IMG/VR virus record: IMGVR_UViG_3300011336_000352
Span: 1-59,330 of that record
Origin: a virus
Taxonomy: Duplodnaviria > Caudoviricetes
Length of the DNA stretch: 59,330 nt
Strand: one strand, 5' to 3'
Of this stretch, positions 1-9,875 are shown piece after piece. The notes below the pieces were generated by a model, which was not told where the DNA came from, made no database searches, and saw only the letters and a list, made by a program, of their open reading frames with translations. A program made the position numbers and the translations under genes. Positions within the stretch are counted from its first letter, which is position 1; every line of letters begins with the position of its first letter.

Positions 1-510
1 ACAGCAAAGACCCGCAGACGGCCGCAGAGGCTGCTCACATCTTGGACAGCTACCCAAAGGTAAAAGCTCTAGTTACAGATACTATTCTTCCAAAACTACG
101 TAGCAACGAGCTTGGGATAGTAAAGTCTATTAGAGCAATGGATAATCCTACTAAGGCAGACTTGATGCTAGCGCACACTATCTTGGATAATCCGGGGTAC
201 ACAATGCGTGAGTACAATAGTGATTCCTTTAGTAAGAACCTGTTAACTACTGGCTTGGATGCTATAAAGAAGGGAGAGGGGGTCAAGCTAACTCCAGAAC
301 AAGAGAAAGCTAAGACAATAACCAATAATGCCCTAGACTACATTAATAAGAATGTTCTTCCTAATGAGAGTATGTCTAGAAAGAATCTTAATGGACTACG
401 CTCTCAAGCTAAGTACTTAGGCTTGGATACTGTAAAGACCCTCACCGGAATCAAGACTTCCGCTAGAAAGAAAGCTGCTTTAATCAAAGCTATCAATGAT
501 GCAGTACCAG
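1..510 (+). repeat. Terminal direct repeat, left copy (imperfect match to 58821-59330); marks circular closure
   Basis: Both copies begin ACAGCAAAGACCCGCAGACG and align without gaps over 510 nt; about 34 mismatches by manual count. Confidence 0.95.
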
Positions 511-2858
511 ATGCGGCTACTGCTGATCGTATGCGGATGCGTGTGCTGTACGAGATCGCTGGAGTGATTAATAAGACTACTAGCCCAGTAGCATCGTATT
601 TACGCGGAGCCAGATTGGGGGACATTACCAAGACTAGGGTAAATGTTCCGGAGCAATTGAAAGCTCTTTGGGGCGAATTGAAAGATGCCCCCAATGTCCT
701 AGCGCATACGCTGCTAAAGCAAGATAGAGCTATTGCTCAGTACAAACAGCAGTTTGATATCAGCAAGGGGCTTGATGGCAAGTACTTATTTGATACTAAA
801 GCTAAGGCTCCGGACTTCGCCACTGAACAACTTACTGGCAGGCAATATGGTGCACTAAGAGGCAAGTGGACTACTCCAGAAGTAGCCCGCATGATTCGTA
901 GCCAGCTCAATTTAAATGTGGGGGCTAAGAACTTTACAGAAGCTCTAATGAGTGGAGACCCAGTACAGAACGTCGGAATAGCTGCTGTAAATAAGCTGCC
1001 CCGCGCTGTGCGGGATATTATCTCTAGCTATAAGCTATTTAGGTATGCTACTGACCCCGGCTACTATATAATGTTTGCTGGCGGTAGCCCAAGCATCTTG
1101 CTACAGAATGGAGCTATGCGCCCCGGAGTGCTTGGCAGGGGAGTTGCTGCCCAGATTGGCGCGCTAAGTCCAAAGACCTTAGAGTACATAAAAGCCAAGA
1201 TGCCTGAGTTAGGGGCATCTATGGAGAAGGATATAAGCCTTCTTACCAAGAGTGGTATGGGAGATCCTGCTATGGCTGGTGAGGTATTTGACCAGATGCT
1301 AGCAGATAAGATCATGGAGGCTACTAGATCCGGATCATACAGATCGCAGGCTGAAGTAATCAAGCACTTCTTGGGTTCTGTCCTAAAGAATGCTCGTGCC
1401 TTCGCCGCTACTGGCCTGTCCATGACAGATCAAGGAGCCAAGAATGCTTCCTTCCTTCGTCGTATGGATGTTCTCAAGGATCACTATAAAGCTATTAATG
1501 TTCCCAAGACTGAGGAAGAGATTCGCCTACAGGCAATGGATGAGGTAAAGGATACTACAGCTACTAACTCCAGATCCCCCCTGATTACCCGCCTAGCAGA
1601 ACGGTATGGCGGAACTACTGGCTTGATGTACAATGTAGAAACAGTACGCAACGCCTTTAATTCATTCGCTCGCGGCTTCTCGGATATCTCAGAGGGATTA
1701 AAGACTGGGGACAAAGCATTTGCTTTGCACGGCCTAGAAACTATTGGTGGCTCTGCTACTAGCTTAGTGTACATGGGTAAGCTAATCTCTATGGCTGCTG
1801 CTGTTCCTCTTACTATTGCAGGGATGGCATCTAAAGTTATATCTCCGACAGATAAACGCCAAGAGTACTTACAGCAGGAAGGGTCTTACTACAGAGGCCA
1901 AAGGCCAGAAGAGATCACCGATCCTAACAGTGATTCTAAGACCAAGTATCTGTGGGCTCCGGGCGATTACATAGACTATAACTATGCGAGTGCTCAGGCT
2001 ATTCACGTTCTACAAGATGCGTGGGCTAAACACGAAGCGGGGCAAGAAGTAGAGCCGACTAAGTTGGCTAGGGATATGTTTGGTGGATTCTTGGAATCCT
2101 TCTTACGCAACTCGTTAGCTGGCAAGTTATCCAAAGTAGTTACTGGAAATGCCCCTGGGTGGGAGCGCAATGAAGCCCCCAAGAAATTACAAGGCGAGAT
2201 AGCCTTCTGGATGAACAATCTAGGGCTATCGGAGAATGCCGCAAAGCGTATGGTAGCCTTGAGTGATGTGGGAACTACTGGTTTCCAGAAGAATTTGGCT
2301 ATAGCTAATGAGGCTGAAGGTGCATCCCCTGCAATGAAGCTACTGCTATCTCTAGGAGTAGGAGTTAAAACTATCCCAGAAGACACTGGTCTTAAGCGCC
2401 CAGTTGGGCAATCCTCAACATCGACTAGAACCGCCAGCGAATTAAACACAGCTAAACAAAAAATAACAAATGCCCTAACGAGCCCAGCAGATATCAATGA
2501 TAGTACTCTAGATAAGCTCTATAAAAAAGCCTTTAAGGAATCGTACGATACTATGACTAAGCTAAATAATGCTTACGACTTTGCTAGGGCTAATGGGGTT
2601 AGCGAGGGTTCTTTATTGTCTAATTCTATTTACGGCGGTACCCCCGAAAAGGCAATAATAGCTACCATGTATCAAAAGCAAAATCCGGCCTATTACTTGT
2701 ATCAGTCCCTTTCTGGATCAATGAAGAGCGAACTAAAGAAATCAGACCCAAGCGAGTACAGTTCTATTATTCAGCGGTACACTAGTAGACAGCGGCACCT
2801 ATTGGATCTTACCTTGCAGTACAGCAAGTTAACTCCAGAACAGATTAAGGAGTTATAA
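3..2858 (+). CDS. C-terminal half of a ~2,000-aa internal virion / DNA-ejection protein (continues from the ORF starting at 55679 across the junction)
   Basis: TTG at 42 corresponds to 58862, in frame with ATG 55679; helical Ala/Lys-rich composition; last of the ejection-protein-like genes before the tail fibre. Confidence 0.75.
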   Translation, partial: SKDPQTAAEAAHILDSYPKVKALVTDTILPKLRSNELGIVKSIRAMDNPTKADLMLAHTILDNPGYTMREYNSDSFSKNLLTTGLDAIKKGEGVKLTPEQEKAKTITNNALDYINKNVLPNESMSRKNLNGLRSQAKYLGLDTVKTLTGIKTSARKKAALIKAINDAVPDAATADRMRMRVLYEIAGVINKTTSPVASYLRGARLGDITKTRVNVPEQLKALWGELKDAPNVLAHTLLKQDRAIAQYKQQFDISKGLDGKYLFDTKAKAPDFATEQLTGRQYGALRGKWTTPEVARMIRSQLNLNVGAKNFTEALMSGDPVQNVGIAAVNKLPRAVRDIISSYKLFRYATDPGYYIMFAGGSPSILLQNGAMRPGVLGRGVAAQIGALSPKTLEYIKAKMPELGASMEKDISLLTKSGMGDPAMAGEVFDQMLADKIMEATRSGSYRSQAEVIKHFLGSVLKNARAFAATGLSMTDQGAKNASFLRRMDVLKDHYKAINVPKTEEEIRLQAMDEVKDTTATNSRSPLITRLAERYGGTTGLMYNVETVRNAFNSFARGFSDISEGLKTGDKAFALHGLETIGGSATSLVYMGKLISMAAAVPLTIAGMASKVISPTDKRQEYLQQEGSYYRGQRPEEITDPNSDSKTKYLWAPGDYIDYNYASAQAIHVLQDAWAKHEAGQEVEPTKLARDMFGGFLESFLRNSLAGKLSKVVTGNAPGWERNEAPKKLQGEIAFWMNNLGLSENAAKRMVALSDVGTTGFQKNLAIANEAEGASPAMKLLLSLGVGVKTIPEDTGLKRPVGQSSTSTRTASELNTAKQKITNALTSPADINDSTLDKLYKKAFKESYDTMTKLNNAYDFARANGVSEGSLLSNSIYGGTPEKAIIATMYQKQNPAYYLYQSLSGSMKSELKKSDPSEYSSIIQRYTSRQRHLLDLTLQYSKLTPEQIKEL

Positions 2859-2861
2859 TGT

Positions 2862-3653
2862 ATGGCAGGTAATGGAACTCCTCAAAGCTACCTTAATGGT
2901 ATTATTCAAAGAAACAACAATGGACAAATAAGAGATAGAGCTATGGAACAAGATAACAGTAATTCTGGAAATCCCTACGGATATCTTCCGCAGCTACCGG
3001 GTCAGCAAGTTCCTAGTAGCTATCCCAGTAATAGATACATTCCCCCGATGTGGGACCCTAATGGGGGCGGGCCTTATGGCTCGTGGAGCACTCAGGGTTT
3101 AACGTATTCCCTTCCTACTGCGTACACTCCGTACGGACAAGGAGGTCTTCCCTTTGGACCTATGTCGTATGGACAGCAAGATTTAGCTGACGCTCTTTCT
3201 CGGATGGGAAATGGCCCTGTGGCAAGTGGGATTAGTAGTATCTTTGGCAATCCCGGGAATGGAACTAGTGGCGGAGTGATGACTAGTTCAGGAGCAGGGA
3301 ATACTCGGCCAATCCCAGGAAGTCCTGTTAATAATCCGTTAGGAAATGCCCCTGGAATGCCCGGAGGTGGGGTGCACAGCCAAAGAGCCGAGCGGGTTAG
3401 ACCCGAGGTTCCTCAAGATTTCTGGCGGGGAATACTCCCTCACTTTATTACACAGCGGGGCGTCTACAACCAGATGCAGCCGTCTGTAGCCGCTCCCCCG
3501 GCTCCTGGGGGCGGAGGAAAACCGATGCCGGTAACTCTTCCATATCAGGGCGGGGGAATTCAGCCAGTAGGAGCTATACAAGCAGCAGCTCCAGCAAAGC
3601 AGATTAATCCGGGCATAGTTCCTTATATGCCAGCATTTCTTCCGTACTCATAA
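2862..3653 (+). CDS. Pro/Gly/Gln-rich low-complexity protein, probably virion-associated
   Basis: 263-aa ORF with AGGAG RBS, tightly packed in the late operon. Confidence 0.6.
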   Translation: MAGNGTPQSYLNGIIQRNNNGQIRDRAMEQDNSNSGNPYGYLPQLPGQQVPSSYPSNRYIPPMWDPNGGGPYGSWSTQGLTYSLPTAYTPYGQGGLPFGPMSYGQQDLADALSRMGNGPVASGISSIFGNPGNGTSGGVMTSSGAGNTRPIPGSPVNNPLGNAPGMPGGGVHSQRAERVRPEVPQDFWRGILPHFITQRGVYNQMQPSVAAPPAPGGGGKPMPVTLPYQGGGIQPVGAIQAAAPAKQINPGIVPYMPAFLPYS

Positions 3654-3665
3654 GGTAATAGCCTC

Positions 3666-3911
3666 ATGGAACACGTAGAGATTATTCTTCCGTCAGGGGA
3701 GAGGCTAGCATCATTAGAAATGAAAGTTCAACACATAGATAGGGAGATACAAAAAATAAACTCTATAGAAGCCAAACTAGATGCAGTACTTCACGAGCAT
3801 TCTAGATATAAGGGATTTATAGGTGGAGTAGTGTTTATTGGGGCGTGCTTATTTACGTTCATAAAGTTTGTACCTATCCTAGGAACTTTGCTATCTAAGA
3901 TAGGAAAATAA
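3666..3911 (+). CDS. Small coiled-coil plus C-terminal TM protein (holin-like / lysis-associated)
   Basis: 81 aa; heptad-like RLASLEMKVQHID then hydrophobic FIGGVVFIGACLFTFI; TAATG overlap with the tail fibre gene. Confidence 0.5.
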   Translation: MEHVEIILPSGERLASLEMKVQHIDREIQKINSIEAKLDAVLHEHSRYKGFIGGVVFIGACLFTFIKFVPILGTLLSKIGK

Positions 3912-6607
3912 TGGCAACTCTTTTTTCTAAATACTCTCTTCCAAGGTTTGGAAATGAGGATGAACAACAACGCGTTTACTTAAGCAAGGTTTTAGGTAAT
4001 GCCCACGATGTTCTTTCCCAAGTTACGGCCTCTTCTGTAACTAGCGTAACTGCATCAGCTCCTTTAGTATCTTCTGGAGGAGCAGCCCCGAACATATCCA
4101 TTCCGAAGTCTACGGGTTTCGTGGACGGATATTTATCTAGTGCAGACTGGAATACCTTTAATTCCAAACTCTCCAGCAATCAACCTATAACCTTATCTGG
4201 GGATGCTACGGGCTCTGGGGCCACAAGTATAGCAGTAACATTAGCTAATAGTGGGGTTGGGGTCGGTACTTATGGCGATAGCACGCACATAGGTTCTTTT
4301 ACTGTAGACGCAAAGGGAAGAATTACTTCTGCTAGTAGCACAGCGATATCTTTTCCATCTAATTCGGCAACTGCAACGGCCTTACAAACTGGAAGAACTT
4401 TTTCATTAACTGGAGATGCTACTGGTACTTCCGCCACATTCAATGGTACTGCTAACGCCAGCATTCCAGTTACCCTAGTAAATTTTGGGGCCTCTGGAGC
4501 TAGCCACAAACATGGAGCAGTCCCTGATCCCGGAGCTGTTGCTGGGACCACAAAATTTCTACGAGAGGACGCTACTTGGGCAGTGCCGCCTAGTAGCGGA
4601 GGCACTGTTACCGCTGTCACTGGTACTGCTCCTGTAGTATCTAGTGGCGGGACTACGCCTGCAATCAGCATGCCCGCGGCCACAACGGCCGTCGATGGGT
4701 ACTTGTCCCATACTGACTGGAATACCTTTAATGGAAAATTGTCTGGTAATCAAACAATCACTCTTAGCGGAGATGTGACAGGGAGCGGCACGACTGCAAT
4801 CACGACGATCATTGCGAACAACGCGGTTACGAACGCCAAAGCCGCGCAGATGGCGGCGAACACGATCAAGGGGAATAACACTGGATCGACGGCAAACGCG
4901 GTCGATTTGACGGTTGCGCAGACAAAGACGCTGCTCAATCTCGCTGGTACGAACACTGGCGATCAAACGATCACGCTTACGGGTGACGTTACTGGTAGCG
5001 GCACCGGTTCGTTCGCCGCGACCCTGGCCGCATCCGGCGTATCGGCTGGCAGCTACGGCGACGCGACGCACGTTGCAACGTTTACCGTTGGCGCGGATGG
5101 ACGGCTGACGCTTGCGGGCAGCGCGGCGATCACGTTTCCAAGCGCGCCGGTTACGTCGGTTTTCGGGCGCACTGGAGCGGTGGTCGCGGTGAGCGGCGAC
5201 TACACGTTTGCGCAGATTGGCGGCAAGCCGACTACGCTATCCGGCTACGGCATCACGGATGCGGTAACGCTCGGTACGACGCAGACGATCAGTGGGGCGA
5301 AGACGTTCAGCGCACAACCTTCGTCAAGTTTTGCGAACGCAAGCTATCGCCTTCAAGGTGCGTCGCAGACGTGGGATTTACAGACGATTGATGCCGATGG
5401 TAGTCTGTGGTTCTACGATGTAACAAACAACATCTATCTAGGCTCGTTGTCAAACGGCACGCACGGCGGGACATTGACGTTTTCCGGATACAATTCGCAA
5501 ACGTCAAACCCAAGCTACTCGTATACATCAACGTCGCACAGTTGGCTTCAACAATTGGTCGATGCCGATGGCCGTATTCGGTTGTACTGCAACGATGCCG
5601 GGTATGTCGGCGAAAGATTCTCGTTTTACCGGACGGGAAATTTCAGTGCCGTTGGCACCGTCACCGGTTCAAACCTATCCGGCACAAACACCGGCGACCA
5701 AACTAATGTAACCGGAAACGCCGGGACTGCGACGACATTGCAAACCGGGCGCACGTTCTCACTCACAGGCGACGCAACCGGAACATCGGCGGCATTCAAC
5801 GGCGGCGCCAACGCGAGCATCCCCGTAACGCTTGCAACGTCCGGCGTCACAGCAGGAAGCTACACAAACGCGAACATCACCGTCGATGCGAAAGGTCGCG
5901 TTACGGCGGCAGCGAGCGGCAGCGGAGGATCTGTTTCCGGCGCATTTATCAAGCGCACGTTGCTCACGGCATCCAGCGGCACGTTCACCACGCAATCCAC
6001 GACGAACAAAATTCGCATTCGCGGCATCGGCGGCGGCGGCGGAAGTGGCGGAAACGGTAGCAGCGCATTTAGCAACGCGCATGGCGCGACCGGCGGCGGC
6101 GGCGGCGGATCAATTGCCGACCGCGTTATCACCGTGTCGCCATCGACCGGCTACTCGTATACATGCGGCGCAGCCGGATCGGCTGGCGCAAGCACGCCGA
6201 CAAACGGTGGCAATGGCGGCGACAGCACATTTACCGTTGGCGCGACAACGATCACGGCGCGCGGCGGTTCTGGAAGCTCCGCACAAAACAATTCTACCGC
6301 TACGTTCTTGATTGTTGCGGGTGGCGCCGGAGGCGCGGCGGCAACAAACGACGATTTCGGCGCGACGGGCGATCCGGGATCACCCGGAACTGTGGCCACG
6401 ATCTTCGACGGCAATGCGTCTCCCGCCAGCGCGCAGCTCGGCGGCAGCGGCGGCGCATCCATTTTCGGAGTGCGCGCTGGCACCGCTAGCGCGGCTGGCT
6501 CGACTCAATACGGCGGCGGTGCTGGCGGCGCTACCGCCGCGGCCAAAACCGGCACGACTGGCTTTGCTGGTTGTGCAGGATGCTGGATTGTAGAAGAATA
6601 TAGCTAA
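3911..6607 (+). CDS. Tail fibre / receptor-binding protein with internal repeats and a C-terminal glycine-rich domain
   Basis: 898 aa Ser/Thr/Gly-rich; repeated DGYLSxxDWNTFN, TGRTFSLTGDATGTS and TVDAKGR modules; VTSVFGRTGAVV; ends GCWIVEEYS. Confidence 0.9.
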   Translation: MATLFSKYSLPRFGNEDEQQRVYLSKVLGNAHDVLSQVTASSVTSVTASAPLVSSGGAAPNISIPKSTGFVDGYLSSADWNTFNSKLSSNQPITLSGDATGSGATSIAVTLANSGVGVGTYGDSTHIGSFTVDAKGRITSASSTAISFPSNSATATALQTGRTFSLTGDATGTSATFNGTANASIPVTLVNFGASGASHKHGAVPDPGAVAGTTKFLREDATWAVPPSSGGTVTAVTGTAPVVSSGGTTPAISMPAATTAVDGYLSHTDWNTFNGKLSGNQTITLSGDVTGSGTTAITTIIANNAVTNAKAAQMAANTIKGNNTGSTANAVDLTVAQTKTLLNLAGTNTGDQTITLTGDVTGSGTGSFAATLAASGVSAGSYGDATHVATFTVGADGRLTLAGSAAITFPSAPVTSVFGRTGAVVAVSGDYTFAQIGGKPTTLSGYGITDAVTLGTTQTISGAKTFSAQPSSSFANASYRLQGASQTWDLQTIDADGSLWFYDVTNNIYLGSLSNGTHGGTLTFSGYNSQTSNPSYSYTSTSHSWLQQLVDADGRIRLYCNDAGYVGERFSFYRTGNFSAVGTVTGSNLSGTNTGDQTNVTGNAGTATTLQTGRTFSLTGDATGTSAAFNGGANASIPVTLATSGVTAGSYTNANITVDAKGRVTAAASGSGGSVSGAFIKRTLLTASSGTFTTQSTTNKIRIRGIGGGGGSGGNGSSAFSNAHGATGGGGGGSIADRVITVSPSTGYSYTCGAAGSAGASTPTNGGNGGDSTFTVGATTITARGGSGSSAQNNSTATFLIVAGGAGGAAATNDDFGATGDPGSPGTVATIFDGNASPASAQLGGSGGASIFGVRAGTASAAGSTQYGGGAGGATAAAKTGTTGFAGCAGCWIVEEYS

Positions 6608-6628
6608 TTTACTTAAGGACTTTATTAC

Positions 6629-7087
6629 GTGGGAATATTAACCAAAATAGGTACTAGTATCTATTCTCTCTTTTCAGGCTTGAGTGCTAAGGCTATCTTT
6701 ATTTTAGTCCTTATCCTTCTTTGGGCCCTTAGTTGTCTTTACTTCTACAGGCACGGCATAACCGTTGGAGCTAGAGATGTAACTAATTCCTACAATGAGA
6801 GGGCTCAGAAGGAGATTAAAAAGCAAGAAGATAAGAACGATAGGAACGCACAAGATGCCATTAAACAAGAGAAAGACCTTAGTAGCAAGCTCACTGCTTT
6901 GGAGCTTAGCAAGAAAGCTCTTGAAGACCAGCTCCACGATATCCAATCCCATAATAAAAATGTTTCCTCAAGTAAGAGTGATAAGCCTAATGAAAAGACT
7001 GTGGCCGTTCCTAGCGCTAGTTGCGACAAGCCTGACCCTGCACGGGTGCACGATCTCAAAGCCGCAATTAGTAAAGCCAACAGCTAA
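6629..7087 (+). CDS. Rz: Inner-membrane spanin (Rz-like)
   Basis: N-terminal TM helix then coiled coil; overlapped by a lipoprotein ORF in another frame. Confidence 0.75.
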   Translation: MGILTKIGTSIYSLFSGLSAKAIFILVLILLWALSCLYFYRHGITVGARDVTNSYNERAQKEIKKQEDKNDRNAQDAIKQEKDLSSKLTALELSKKALEDQLHDIQSHNKNVSSSKSDKPNEKTVAVPSASCDKPDPARVHDLKAAISKANS

Positions 7088-7274
7088 GATCTATTGCGCT
7101 GATTCTGCTAAGTCTGGGGATGTAAAAAAGCTCCCCGATATTTCGGATGATCCGTCTTACGACGAACTCCTAGTATGGGGGAGCATAGTAGTGAACGATT
7201 ACACTCAGTTAAAACTGATGTACAATTCTGCTGTTGATTGTTTGAACAAATATTCTAAGCAAGCAAATAATTAG
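6990..7274 (+). CDS. Rz1: Outer-membrane lipoprotein spanin (Rz1-like)
   Basis: ATG 6990 gives MKRLWPFLALVATSLTLHGC (signal peptide plus lipobox LHGC), overlapping the 3' end of the i-spanin. Confidence 0.8.
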   Translation: MKRLWPFLALVATSLTLHGCTISKPQLVKPTAKIYCADSAKSGDVKKLPDISDDPSYDELLVWGSIVVNDYTQLKLMYNSAVDCLNKYSKQANN

Positions 7275-7591
7275 TCATCAAGGATTGGCGGGATAGCTCC
7301 CTCTACTGTAGACATTACTTTCACCGGATTGCCCTCCGGATCGTAGACAACGTGATACTGCTTAGGTATAAACCACTCATTTAGGCAAGCACCCTCGCTA
7401 TCTACGGCTATATAGACCTTACTACGAGAACTTAAGAATGCGGTAACTACCAAGTTAATATCCCACAATCCGTTCCCAGTTTCGGGATCTATAGGATTCC
7501 CCCCAACCAAGAGCATCGTATCAAAAGGCGGCTCTTGGTTTTTTATTTCCGTCCATTCTGTGGGGGATTGAATCTTCAAGTCTAAGGACAT
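7271..7591 (-). CDS. Hypothetical protein, last gene of the minus-strand arm
   Basis: 106-aa ORF; TAATG coupling with upstream gene; converges on the o-spanin stop. Confidence 0.65.
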   Translation of the reverse strand: MSLDLKIQSPTEWTEIKNQEPPFDTMLLVGGNPIDPETGNGLWDINLVVTAFLSSRSKVYIAVDSEGACLNEWFIPKQYHVVYDPEGNPVKVMSTVEGAIPPILDD

Positions 7592-7791
7592 TAGAAGTCT
7601 AGCTCGTTGTTAATATCATTTTCTGGCAACTGGTCATCATCCTCTGTTCCAAAGCTACGCTCGATGATAGTCATTGACCGGGAGATCTTGTTCCACGTAC
7701 TTTGCACTACTGCTTCTGGGGGCAGCTCTGCCAGCACCGTCGTTATGTCATCCAAGGTATCTAGGATGTACTGTTTGTCACTCGCCTTCAC
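7591..7791 (-). CDS. Hypothetical acidic protein
   Basis: 66 aa; GTGA start/stop overlap with upstream gene. Confidence 0.6.
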   Translation of the reverse strand: MKASDKQYILDTLDDITTVLAELPPEAVVQSTWNKISRSMTIIERSFGTEDDDQLPENDINNELDF

Positions 7792-7976
7792 TTTTTAACC
7801 TTTCCTCCATTGTGGATAATAGGAACTAGCAGCTTAATCAAGTCATCTGGAAAGGTTCTATTAATCCAATCCTTGGCTTTATCGCCGCCCTCCTTTTTGT
7901 ACTTGTCTATAAAAACTCTAGCCCATCTCTCTAAGAACTTAGTGTGGTACGTTACTTCCTTAGCTTCATTGGGCAC
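7788..7976 (-). CDS. Hypothetical protein
   Basis: 62 aa, coupled between neighbours. Confidence 0.6.
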   Translation of the reverse strand: MPNEAKEVTYHTKFLERWARVFIDKYKKEGGDKAKDWINRTFPDDLIKLLVPIIHNGGKVKK

Positions 7977-8730
7977 TCACTAGTACCTTCTTTCTAGTAG
8001 CGGCACTAATCTCCGTGTAACGAGTACGCGAGTAGTGACCACAATCCTTACACTGGAACTTCAAATACTTACCAGTCTTGGTGGTAGCATAACCATCGGA
8101 TATAAGATGTTTAGAACCACATGTAGGACATACTGTGTCTTCGGCAAATAGGCTGCGATTAGGGTGATTAGAGATCCACGGAAGGAACTTGTTGTACGCT
8201 TTCTCCAAGAGCCGCACATCGGCAATGTTGTACTTCTTCATCACCTTCCAAGCTTCTGGATCTTCCTGTAAGCACTTGATCCACAAAGGGAATCCTTCGT
8301 GCTCTACCTTAGATCCAAGGCCCAGCTCAGTTAGAATGTGCTGTAGCTTGTTAGATGGGAACTTGAACTGTTTCTTAACCGTCTCAAATAGATCTATGTG
8401 CTTGTACGGACTTGGTGGGGTTATATCCGCTTTTAGCAGTTCCCTATTAATGAATGGCAGATCGTGGCGGCGACCATTGTACGTGAGTACGGCATCGGCT
8501 TCATCGAGAAGTGCCTTTAGCCATTCTAAGAACTCGGGACTAGAGTGCTTGCACCACATGATCTCCTTTTCGTTTAACCACTTGGCGCTCCAGCACAACA
8601 TCTTACCGCTGTCCAACAACTGGTCGAGAGAAACGGCATTAGGATATAGATTCCAAATGCCCCCGACTAAGTACGAATTTTCAATGTCGAGCACAAGCAC
8701 CCTCATTGTGTTATTATTTTTAGCTGTCAA
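7966..8730 (-). CDS. RNase H-fold (DEDD / RNase_H_2-like) 3'-5' exonuclease with C-terminal Zn ribbon
   Basis: VLVLDIEN, TYNGRRHDLP, HIDL and KYNIADV motifs; CPTC...CKDC. Confidence 0.85.
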   Translation of the reverse strand: MTAKNNNTMRVLVLDIENSYLVGGIWNLYPNAVSLDQLLDSGKMLCWSAKWLNEKEIMWCKHSSPEFLEWLKALLDEADAVLTYNGRRHDLPFINRELLKADITPPSPYKHIDLFETVKKQFKFPSNKLQHILTELGLGSKVEHEGFPLWIKCLQEDPEAWKVMKKYNIADVRLLEKAYNKFLPWISNHPNRSLFAEDTVCPTCGSKHLISDGYATTKTGKYLKFQCKDCGHYSRTRYTEISAATRKKVLVSAQ

Positions 8731-8731
8731 T

Positions 8732-8911
8732 TTATTTCCTTAAGTATTCACTTACTGCTTGAATTCCCTCATCTAAATCTATCAGTACAGACTCATCTAC
8801 ATCGCCATCTGCTACTGCTGCTTCTAGCTCGGCAAAGGCTGTGTCCAATACTCGCTGTAGAAAGATCAAGTCGCTACGAGTAACAGACACTTCTAGCTCG
8901 CGTTCATCCAT
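8732..8911 (-). CDS. Hypothetical acidic protein (59 aa, not in ORF track)
   Basis: Manual translation MDERELEVSVTRSDL...SEYLRK; GAGGA RBS; fills the gap between neighbours. Confidence 0.6.
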   Translation of the reverse strand: MDERELEVSVTRSDLIFLQRVLDTAFAELEAAVADGDVDESVLIDLDEGIQAVSEYLRK

Positions 8912-9125
8912 TAGTAGTATCCTCTAGAGGTAGTTCTAATTGCTTTGGCTTGTTAAGCTTGCTCGAAATAAACTTCTGTACTTCTTGCCACTCTTTGAAT
9001 GATTCAACAATCCAACGCTCTTCCTCTTCAGTTACTGATATCTCCTCATAGCTACAAAAATTAAAGAAGGATTCGTACGGAAAATAGCAATACCACTCGT
9101 CGCGGAGTATCTTCATGTCAACCAT
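8904..9125 (-). CDS. Hypothetical protein
   Basis: 73-aa ORF in operon context. Confidence 0.55.
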   Translation of the reverse strand: MVDMKILRDEWYCYFPYESFFNFCSYEEISVTEEEERWIVESFKEWQEVQKFISSKLNKPKQLELPLEDTTNG

Positions 9126-9502
9126 TCGGCGGGTACCTCCTTGAATGCGTATTTAAACCCGTGCTTCTCACACCAATCGGAATACATAGTTTCACTTCCT
9201 CTTCGTATAGGCTGATCCCTCATAAACAGGATACGTATATCTAAGGTTGGATTCTGCTCCTTCACTAAGAGCATCTTGGCCCTACTCTCGTAATCGAAGA
9301 GCCCCTTGGCCTCTACTATCAAAGTTCCTATAGTGAAGTCTGGAGTGTACGTCCTGTCCACACTAGGGACAGTGTACTTGATCTTAGTAGCTTCGTACTC
9401 GAATGGTACGGCGCGAGCTTCTAGATTGTCGGCTACGCGCTGCTCGAACTTAGACCGGAACTTTATCTTCTTCTTTTTATTACCGGCCTTACGTTTCGAC
9501 AT
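9113..9502 (-). CDS. Endonuclease I / Holliday junction resolvase (T7 gp3-like)
   Basis: FRSKFE, FEYE, YTPDF, IVEAKG, YSDWCEKHGF motifs. Confidence 0.92.
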   Translation of the reverse strand: MSKRKAGNKKKKIKFRSKFEQRVADNLEARAVPFEYEATKIKYTVPSVDRTYTPDFTIGTLIVEAKGLFDYESRAKMLLVKEQNPTLDIRILFMRDQPIRRGSETMYSDWCEKHGFKYAFKEVPAEWLT

Positions 9503-9875
9503 AAGGCGCTGGGGTTATGTAAGCTGTAGTGGGTGGGACTTTTGGCTGTGGCTTAGCAGGCACTAGTTGAGGAGCTTCTTTTCCCGGAACTATTACGCAG
9601 CTCTCTTCGTCTGACTTAACGTACGTTGTGTATTTACCACTTACATCGTGCTTTAGAGTCCAGCTACCGTCCCCATTATAGTGAACATCTGAAGAGTACA
9701 GTTGCACGGTTGGAGTATTGGCCACCATGCAAATTAAGGTTCCCTCAGATTGCTCTGGTTTTTTGTCTTCTCTGAGAGTCGCCTTTGCACCATAGTACAC
9801 TATAGGGAATATACAACCTGCTACGACCAGTAGAACAAAGATACCAAAAAGGTCTATATTTCCTTTAGATCTCAC
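9489..9875 (-). CDS. Membrane-anchored hypothetical protein
   Basis: N-terminal hydrophobic helix; 128 aa. Confidence 0.6.
   Translation of the reverse strand: MRSKGNIDLFGIFVLLVVAGCIFPIVYYGAKATLREDKKPEQSEGTLICMVANTPTVQLYSSDVHYNGDGSWTLKHDVSGKYTTYVKSDEESCVIVPGKEAPQLVPAKPQPKVPPTTAYITPAPYVET

Noticed and set aside
4270-6593. Many overlapping alternative-frame ORFs within the tail fibre
   Set aside because: Expected from GC-rich, Gly/Ala-biased codons with few off-frame stops.
3911-6607. Diversity-generating retroelement or invertible tail-fibre cassette
   Set aside because: No reverse transcriptase or invertase recognised; the repeats are protein-level with divergent codons rather than adenine-specific template/variable pairs.
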